From the human T2T-CHM13v2.0 reference genome, Homo sapiens: DNA of 64,000 nt. The position numbers and the translations under genes are program-made. Location: the NCBI GenBank assembly GCA_009914755.4, contig CP068257.2:2432001-2496000 (forward strand), read 5' to 3'. The notes under the pieces are model-generated. The model was not told the origin of the DNA, did no database searches, and saw nothing but the letters and a program-made list of their open reading frames with translations. The number at the start of each line of letters is the position of its first letter. Within the stretch, counting starts at the first letter, position 1. Below are positions 55,201-64,000 of this stretch, piece by piece.

Positions 55201-58200
55201 TCTCTCACAGGATTCCAGAACACTTCTGCTGTGGTCTGGGTGTTCATGCCTCACAAGGGATTCCAGAACCATCCTGCTGTGGTGTGAGTGTTTGTCCCTC
55301 AAATAGGATTCAAGAACACTGCTACTGGGGTCGGAATGTTTGCCCTCACTTAGGATTCCAGAACACTGCTAGGAGGGTCTGAATAATTCTCCCTCACGTA
55401 GCATTCCAGAACACTCCTCTTGTGGTTTGAATGTTTGTCCCTCACTTAGGATTCCAGAACACAGTTGTTGGGTTCTCAGTGTTTGCCCTTAATGTATGAT
55501 TCCAGAACACTGCTAAGTAGGTCTAAATGTTTGTACCTCACATAGGAATCCAGAACACTGCTAGGAGGGTTTTAATGTTTCTCCCTCACCTAGGACTCCA
55601 GAACATTCCTGCAGTGTTCTGAATGTATTTTCCTCACATAAGATTAAAGAACAATGCTATGAAGGTATGAATGTTTGTCCCACACGAAGGATTCCAGAAC
55701 ACCCAGCTGTGGTCGGAATGATTGTCCCTCACATAGGATTCCAGAACACTGCTGCTGGGTTCTGAGTGTCTCTCCCTCACATAGGATTCCAGAAAACTCC
55801 TGCTGTGGTCTGAATGTATCTCCCTCACATAGGATTCCAGAACACTGCTACTGGGTTCTGAGTGTTTGTCTCTCACATAGGATTCCAGAACAATGCTATG
55901 AGGGTGTGAATGAGTGAACCTCACATAGGATTCCAGAACTCTCCTGCTCTCTTCTGAATTTTTGACCCTCTGAAAGGATTCCAGAACACTGCTACAGGGT
56001 TCTGAGTGTTTGTTCCTCACATAGGATTCTGGAACACTACTAAGAGTTTCTGAATTATTCTCCCTCACATAGGATTCCAGAACACTCCTGCTGTGGTCTG
56101 AATGTTTGTCCCTCACTTAGGATTCCAGAACACTGCTGTTGTGTTCTGAGTGTATGTCCCTCACGTACGATTCCAGAACACTGCAACGTGGGTCTAAATG
56201 TTTGTCACTCACATAGGATTCCATGACACTGCTACGAGGATCTGAATGTTTGTCCAGCACATAGGACTCCAGATCTCTCGTTCTCTGTTCTGAATGTATT
56301 TTCCTCACATAGATTCCAGAACAATGCTACGAGGGTCTGAATGTTTGTCTCACACATAGGATTCCAAAGCACCACAGCTGTGGTCTGTAAGATTGTTCCT
56401 CACATAGGACTCCAGAACACTGCTGCTGGGTTCTGAGTGTTTCTCCCTTGCATACACTTCCAGAACAATCCTGCTGCAGTCTGAATGTTTGTCCCTCACA
56501 TAGTATTCCATAACACTCCTGCTGGGCTCAGAATGTTTTTCCCTCACTTAGGATTCCAGAGAACTGCTGTTTGGTTCTGAGAGTTTATCCCCCACATACG
56601 ATTATAGAACACGGCTACGTGGGTCTCAATGTTTGTCCCTCACATAGGATTCCAGAACACTGCTACTGGGGTCTGAATGATTCTCCCTCACATAGGATTT
56701 CAGAACAATGGTGATGGGTTCTGAGTGTTTCTCCCTCACATAGGATTCCAGAACACTGCTACAAGGGTCCGAATGTTTGTCCCTCAGAGGGGCTTCCAGA
56801 ACACTGCTGCTAGGGTCTGAATGTTGGAACCTGACTTAGGACTCCAGAACACTCCTGCTGTGGTCTCAATGTTTATCCCACACACAGGATTCCAGAACAC
56901 TGCTACGAGGTTCTCAATGGTTGTCCCTAACACAGAATTCCAGAACACTGCTACGAGTGTCTGAATGATTGTCCCTCACATAGGAAACCAGAGCACTGCT
57001 GCCGGGGACTGAATGTTTGTCCTTCACATAGGAATCCAGAACACTGCTGCTGGGTTCTCCATGTGTGTCCATCACATAGGATTCCAGAACACTGCTGCTG
57101 GGTTCTGAGTGTTTCTCCCTCACATATAACTCCATAACACTGCGATGAGGGTCTGAACCTTTTTCCGTTACGTAGGATTCCAGAACACTCCCGCTGTTGT
57201 TTGAATGTTTATCCCTCGCCTAGAAATCCAGAACACTGCTGCTGCAGTCTGAATGTTTGTCCCTCACATAGGATTCCAGAACATGGTTATGATTGTCTGA
57301 ATGTTTTTAACTCACATAGGATTCCAGAACACTGCTGATGGGGTCTCAATGTTTTTTCCACACATATGACCAAAGAACTCTGCTGCTACGTTCTGAATGT
57401 TTGTTGCTCACATAGCATTCCAGAACACTTCTGCTGTGGTCTGAATTTTTGTCCCTCACAAAAGATTCCCGATCACTCCCGCTGGGGTCTCAATGTTTGT
57501 CCATCACATAGGAATCAATAACACTGATGCTGGGGTCTGAAAGTTTGTCTTTCACATAGGATTCCAGAACCCTGCTACAAGGGTCCGAATGTTTGTCCCC
57601 CACATAGGATTCCAGAACACTGCTTCGATTGTCTGAATATTTGTCCCTCAGATAGGACTCCAGAACACTGCTGCAGGGGTCTAAATGTTTTTCTGTCACA
57701 TAGGATTCCAGAACACTGTTACGAGGGTCTGAATGCTTGTTCCTCACAGGGAATTCCAGAACATTCCTCTTGTGGTCTGAACGTTTGTTCCTCACATTAG
57801 ATTCTAGAACACTGCTATGAGCATATGAATGTTTGTCCCTCACACAGAATTCCAAAACACTGTTACGAGGGTCTGAATGATTGTCCCTCACATAGGATTC
57901 CAGAACACTGCTTCTGGGGTTTTAATGTTTGTCCCTCAAATAGGATTCCAGAACACTGCTGTTGGGGTCTATATGAATGTCAGTCCCATAGAATTCAAGA
58001 ACGCTTTTGCTGGGTTCTGAGTGTTTCTCCCTCACATAGAACTCCAGAACACTGCGACGAGGGTCTGACTATTTCTCCGTTACATAAGATTCCAGAACAC
58101 TCCCGCTGTTGTTTGAACTTTGGTTCCTCACATAGGATTCCACAACACTGAAGCTGGAGTCTTAATGTTTGTCCCTCACATAGGATTCCAGAACAGTGCT

Positions 58201-61200
58201 ACGATTGTCTGAATGTTTGTCCCTCACATAGTGTTCCAGAACACTGCTGCTGGGGTCTGAATGTTTGTGCCTCACATATGACCAAAGAACACTGCTGCTA
58301 GGGTCTCATTGATTGTTGCTCACATAGCATTCCAGAACATTCCTGCTGTGGTCTCTATTTTTATCCCTCACAAAAGATTCCAGAATACTCCTCTTGGTAT
58401 CTCAATGTTTGTCCCCCATATAGGACTCAAGAACACTTATGTTGGGGTCTGAAAGTTTGTCCCTCACATAGGATTCCAGAACACTGCTATGAAGGTCTGA
58501 ATGTTTGTCCCTCACATAATATTGCAGAACACTTCTACGATTGTCTGAATGTTCATCCCTCACTTAGGATTCCAGAACACTACTACGAGGGTCTGAATGT
58601 TTGTCCGTTACATAATATTCCACAACACTACTGCTGTGTTCTGAGTGTTTGTACCTCAGATAGGATTCCAGAAGAGTCACTCTGTGGCCTGAATGTTTGT
58701 CCCTCACATAGGGTTCCAGAACACTGCTGCTGGGTTCTGAATGTTTGTCCCTCACATAGTATTCAAGAACACTGCTACGAGGGTCTGAGTGTTTGTCATC
58801 TGCTTACAATTCCAGAACACACCCGCTGTTGTTTCAATGTTTGTCCCTAACATAGGATTCCAGAACACTGCTACTATTGTCTCACTATTTCTCCCGCACG
58901 CAGGATTCCAGAACACTGCTGTGAGGATCTGAATGTTTGTCCTCCACATAGGATTCCAGAACACTTCTGTTGTGTTCTGAATGTTTGTCCCTCAGATAGG
59001 ATTGCTGAGCACTCCTGCTGTGGTCTGAATATTTGTCCCACACATAGGATTGCAGAACACTCGTGCTGTGTTATGAATATTTTTCCCTCAGATAGGATTC
59101 CAGAACACTGCTACGAGCATCTGAATTATTCTCCCTCACATAGGATTCGAGAAAACTCCTGCTGTGGTCTAAATGTTTGTACTTCACTTCGGATTCCAGA
59201 ACACGGCTGTTCAGTTCTGGGTGTTTGTCCCTCACATACGATTCCAGGACACTGCTACTTGTGTCTGTATTATTCTCCCTCACATAGGATTCCATAACAC
59301 TCCTGCTGTGGACTGAATGTTTGTCCCTCACTTAGGACTCCAGAACACTTCTGTGGGTTCTGAGTGTTTGTCCCTGACATAAAATTCCACAGCACTGTTA
59401 CGTGGATCTAAATGTTTGACCCTCACATAGGATTCCAGAACACTGCTACAAGGATCTGAATATTTTTTCCCACACGTAGGATTCCAGAACACTCCTGCTG
59501 TTGTCTGAATGTTGGTCCATCACGTAGGATTCCAGAACACTGCTAGGAGTGTCTAAATTATTCTCCCTCTCATAGGATTCCAGAACACACCGGCAGGAGT
59601 CTGAATGTTTGTTCCTCACTTAGGATTCCAGAACACTCCTGCTGTTGTATGAACGTTTGTCCCTCACTTAGGATTACAGAACTCTGCTGTTGGATTCTGA
59701 GAGTTTCTCCCTCGCGTACGATTGCAGAACACTGCTGCGTGGGTCCAAATGCTTGTCCCTCACATAGGATTCCAGAACACTGCTATGAGGGTCTGAATGT
59801 TTCCCAGGCACATAGGACTCCAGAACACTGCTACGAGGGTCTGAATGTTTGCACCACACGTAGGACTTCAGAACACTCCTGCTGTTTTCTGAATGTATTT
59901 TCCTAGCATAAAATTCTAGAACAATGCTACGAGGGTCTGAATGCTTGACCCACACGTAGGATTGCAGACCACCCCAGGGGTGGTCTGAGTGACTGTCCCT
60001 CACATAGGATTCCAGAACCTTGCTGCTGGGTTCTGAGTGCTTGTCCCTCACATAGGATTCCAGAACACTGCTACTGGGTTCTGAATGTTTGTCCCTCACA
60101 TAGGAGTCCAGAACACTGATCCGAGGGTCTGAATTATTCTTCCTTACATAGGATTCTGGAACACTCGTGCTGTGGTATGAATGTTTGTCCCTCACTTAGG
60201 ATTCCAGATCACTGCTGCTGAGTTCTGAGTGTTTCTCCCTCCCATAGGATTCCAGAACATTCCTGTTGTTGTCTGAATGTTTGTCCCTCAGTTAGGATGA
60301 CAGAACACTGCTATTGGTTTCTGAGTGTCTGTCCCTCACGTATGAGGCCAGAACACTGCTACGTGAGTCTAAATGTTTGTTTCTCACGTAGGATTCCAGA
60401 ACACTGCTGCTGTGGTCTGAGTGTTTGTTCCTCACATAGGATTCCAGAACACTCCAGTTGTGGTCTGAAAGTTTTTTCCTCCTATTGGGTTCCAGAACAT
60501 GACTATTGTGGTCTGAATGTTTGACCATCACAAAGGATTCCAGAACCCTCCTTCTGTGGTCTGGGTGTTTGTGCCTCATATGGGATTCCAGAATAATCCT
60601 GCTGTCGTCTGAATGTTTCTCCCTCACATAGGATTCCAAAACATTCTTGTTGTGGTCTGAGTGTTTATCCCTCACGTGGGATTCCAGAACACTGCTACTG
60701 CGGTCTGAATGTTTGTCCCTAACATAGGATTCCAGAACACTTCTACGAGGGTCTGAATTATTCTCCTTCTCATAGGATTTCAGAACACTCCTGTTGTGGT
60801 CTGAATGTTTGTCCCTCACTTAGGATTCCAGAACACTGCTGTTGGATTCTGAGTGTTTCTCCCTCAAGTACGATTCCAGAATACTGCTACATGTGTCTAA
60901 ATGTTTGTCCCTCACAAACTATTCCAGAACACTGTTGCGAGGGTCTCAATGTTTGTTCTGCCCGTAGGACTCCATAACACTCCTGCTGTGTTCTTAATGT
61001 ATTTTCCTCACATAGGATTGCAGAACAATGCTACAAGGGTCTGAATGTTTGTCCCACACGTAGGATTCCAGAACGTCAGAGCTGTGGTCTGCAGGACTGT
61101 CCCTCAAATAGGATTCCAGAACACTGCTGCTGGGTTCTGTGTGTTGATCCCTCACATAGGATTCCAGAACAATCCTGTTGTGGTCTGGGTGTTTGTGCCT

Positions 61201-64000
61201 CACATGGGTTTCCAGAACAATCCTGCTGTGGTCTGAATGTTACTCACTCTTATAGGATTCCAAAGCATTCCTGCTGTGGTCTGTGTGTTTGTCCCTCAAA
61301 TAGGAATACAGAACACTGCTACTGGGGTCTGAATGTTTGTCCCTCACATAGGATTCCAGCACACTGTTACGAGGGTCTGAATTACTGCCCCTCACATAGG
61401 ATTCCAGAACACACCTGCTTTCTTCTGAAAGTTTGTCCTTCACTTAGGATTCCAGGACACTGCTGTTGGTTTCTAAGTGATTGTCACTCACGTATGATTC
61501 CAGAACACTGCTACTGCAGTCTGAATATTTGTCCCGCACATAGTATTCGAGGACACTGCTACTAGAGGGTCTAAATGTTTGTCCCTCTCATAGGATTCCA
61601 GAACACTTCTAAGAGGGTCTAAATGTTTGTCCCTCTCATAGGATTCCAGAACACTTCTAAGAGGGTCTAAATGTTTGTCCCTCTCATAGGATTCCAGAAC
61701 ACTTCTAAGAGGGTCTAAATGTTTGTCCCTCTCATAGGATTCCAGAACACTTCTAAGAGGGTCTAAATGTTTGTCCCTCTCATAGGATTCCAGAACACTT
61801 CTAAGAGGGTCTGAATGTTTGTTCCCCCAATAGGACTCCAGAACACTCCTGCTGTGTTCAGAATGTATTTTCCTCACGTAGGATTCCAGTACAATGCTAC
61901 GAGGGTCTGAATGTTTGTCCCACACGTAGGATTCCAGAACACCCCAGCTGTGTTCTGAATGACTGTCCCTCACATAGGATTCCAGAACATTGCTGCTGCG
62001 TTCTGAGTGTTTCCCCGTCAAGTAGGATTCCAGAACACTCTTGCTGTGTTGTGAATATTTGTCCCTCACTTAGGATTCCAGATCACTGCTGTTGGGTTCT
62101 GAGTGTTTGTCCTTCACGTACGATTCCAGAACATAACTACGTGGGTCTAAATGTTTGTCCCTCACATAGGCTATCTGAACACTGCTATGAGGGTCTGAAT
62201 GTTAGTCCCGCACATAGGACTCCAGAACACTCCTGCTGTGTTCTGAATGTATTTTCCTCACATAGGATTCCACAACAATGCTACGAGGGTCTGAATGTTT
62301 GTCCCACACTTAGTATTCCAGAACACCCCAGCAGTGGTCTGATTGACTGTCTCTCACAAAGGATTACAGAACACTGCTGCTGGTTTCTGAGTGTTTCTCC
62401 CACATATAGGATTCCGGAACACTGCTACGGGGATCTGAAATTTTCCCCCTCACATAGGATTCCAGAACACTGCTACAGGGATCTGAATGTTTGTCTCTCA
62501 CATAGGATTCCAGAACCCTGCAACGAGGGTCTGAATTACTCTCACTCTCAAAGGATTCCAGAACACTGTTTTTGGGTTCTCAGTGTATCTCCTCACAGAG
62601 AATTCCAGAACACTGCTACAAGGGTCTGAATGATTGTACCTCACATAGGATTCCAGAACACTCCTGCTCTGCTCTGAATGTTTGTCCCTCAGATGGGATT
62701 CCAGAACACTGCTGCTGGGTTCTGAGTGTCTGTCCCTCACATAGGATTCCAGAACACTGCTGCTGCGGTCTGAATGTTTGTTTCTCACATAGCACTCCAG
62801 AACACTCCTGCTGTGGTCTGAATTTTTCTCCCTCATATAGGATTCCAGAACACAACTGCTCAGGTGTGAATGGTTAACCCTCACATAGGATTCCAGAGTA
62901 CTGCTGTTGTGGTCTGGGTGTTTGTGCCTCACATGGATTTCCAGAACAATCCTTCTGTGGTCTGAATGTTTCTCCCCCACATAGGATACCAAAGCATTCC
63001 TGCTCTGGTCTCAGTGTTTGTCCCTCAAATAGGATTCCATAAAATTTCCACTGGGGTCTGAATGTTTGTCCCTCACTTAGGGTTCCAGAACAATACTAAG
63101 AGGGTCTGAATTATTCTCCCTCACATATGATTGCAGAACACTCCTGCTGTGGTCGGAATGTTTGTCCCTCAGTTACGATTCCAGAATACTGTTGTTGAGT
63201 TCTGAGTTTTTGTCCGTCACATACGATTCCAGAACACTGCTATGTGGGTCTAAATATTGGTCACTCACATAGGGTTGCAGAACACTGCTACGAGGGTATG
63301 AATGTTTCTCCCGCTCATAGGACTCCAGAACAATCCTGATGTGTTCTGAATGTATTTTCTTCACATAGGATTCCAAAACAGTGCTATGAGGGTCTGAATG
63401 TTTGTCTCACACGTAGGATTCCAGAACACCCGAGCTGTGGTCTGAATGATTATCCTTCCCATAGGATTCCAGAACACTGCTGCTGGGTTCTGAGTGTTTC
63501 TCCCTCACATAGTATTCCATAACACTGCTACTGGGGTCTCAATGTTTATCTCTCACATAGGATTTCAGAACACTGCTACAAGTGTCTGAATGTATGTCAA
63601 GCTCTTATGACTCCAGAATACTCCTGCAGTGTCCTGAATATTTTTTCCATACGTAGGATTCCAGAAGAATACTACGAGGGTATGAATGTTTGTCCCACAA
63701 GTAGGATTGCAGAACACCCCAGCTGTGATCTGAATGATTGTCCCTCACATAGGATTCCAGAACACAGCTACTGGGTTCTGAGGTTTTCTCCCTCACATAG
63801 GATTCCAGAACACTCCGGCTCTGGTCTGAATGTTTGTCCCCAGATAAGATTCCAGAACACTGCTGCTGGGTTCTGAGGGTTTGTCTCTCACATGGGACTG
63901 CAGAACCCTTCTGCTGTGGTCTGAATGTTTGTTCCTCACATAGGATTCCAGAACATTCCTGCTGTTTTCTGAATATTTGTCCCTCACTTAGGACTCCAGA
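40268..64000. repeat. Tandem satellite array, 48-bp monomer, >23.7 kb (~490 units), continuing past the window end. Probably the CER/D22Z3-type 48-bp pericentromeric (acrocentric/chr22-chr14) satellite, by recollection
   Basis: Exact 48-bp periodicity between successive CACATAGG motifs (e.g. CACATAGGATTCCAGAACACTGCTGCTGGGTTCTGAGTGTTTCTCCCT|CACATAGG...). Monomer variants are interleaved in semi-regular order and there is no interspersed unique sequence. The array edge lies at ~40268, after unique AT-rich sequence. Confidence 0.95.

Noticed and set aside
40268-64000. Regular 48-bp repeats that could superficially be mistaken for a CRISPR array or a repetitive-protein gene
   Set aside because: There are no unique spacers between repeats, because units are contiguous head-to-tail for >23 kb. 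No cas-like ORFs, leader or bacterial context exist, and Alu/L1-rich human sequence surrounds it. The ORFs are frame-preservation artefacts of a period divisible by 3.

Overview
This window is human (primate) genomic DNA, not a prokaryotic locus. It carries at least 14 Alu SINEs, a MIR, MaLR-type LTR fragments, three LINE-1 copies and a class-I endogenous retrovirus. One L1 is a near full-length L1PA-type element on the minus strand at about 31.5-37.6 kb, with recognisable ORF1 and ORF2 (reverse transcriptase) remnants. The ERV provirus has a 5'-truncated LTR and most of pol deleted.

Two features dominate the window:
- From about 40,268 to the end of the window (more than 23.7 kb, roughly 490 units) there is an uninterrupted tandem array of a 48-bp satellite monomer (...CACATAGGATTCCAGAACACTGCTACGAGGGTCTGAATGTTTGTCCCT...). 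I recall this as the 48-bp CER/D22Z3-type pericentromeric/acrocentric satellite, but that is from memory and needs a database check. Nearly all long ORFs in the second half of the ORF track come from this array, on both strands. They are frame-preserving artefacts (48 bp = 16 codons), not genes.
- The 0-40 kb part is an accessory-looking, repeat-dense flank of the array. Beside the array lies a roughly 210-bp inverted repeat around a roughly 600-bp GC-rich core. Other points of interest are a CpG island with CRE/Sp1-like motifs and a possible first exon (ATG...GTAAG), an L1-derived 57-bp minisatellite, a 38-bp minisatellite, a degenerate TTAGGG tract between 92-bp direct repeats, and five perfectly identical satellite monomers in a row (local homogenisation).

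No CRISPR array, operon or prokaryotic defence system is present. All coordinates are approximate (about +/-10-30 bp) because they were read by eye.
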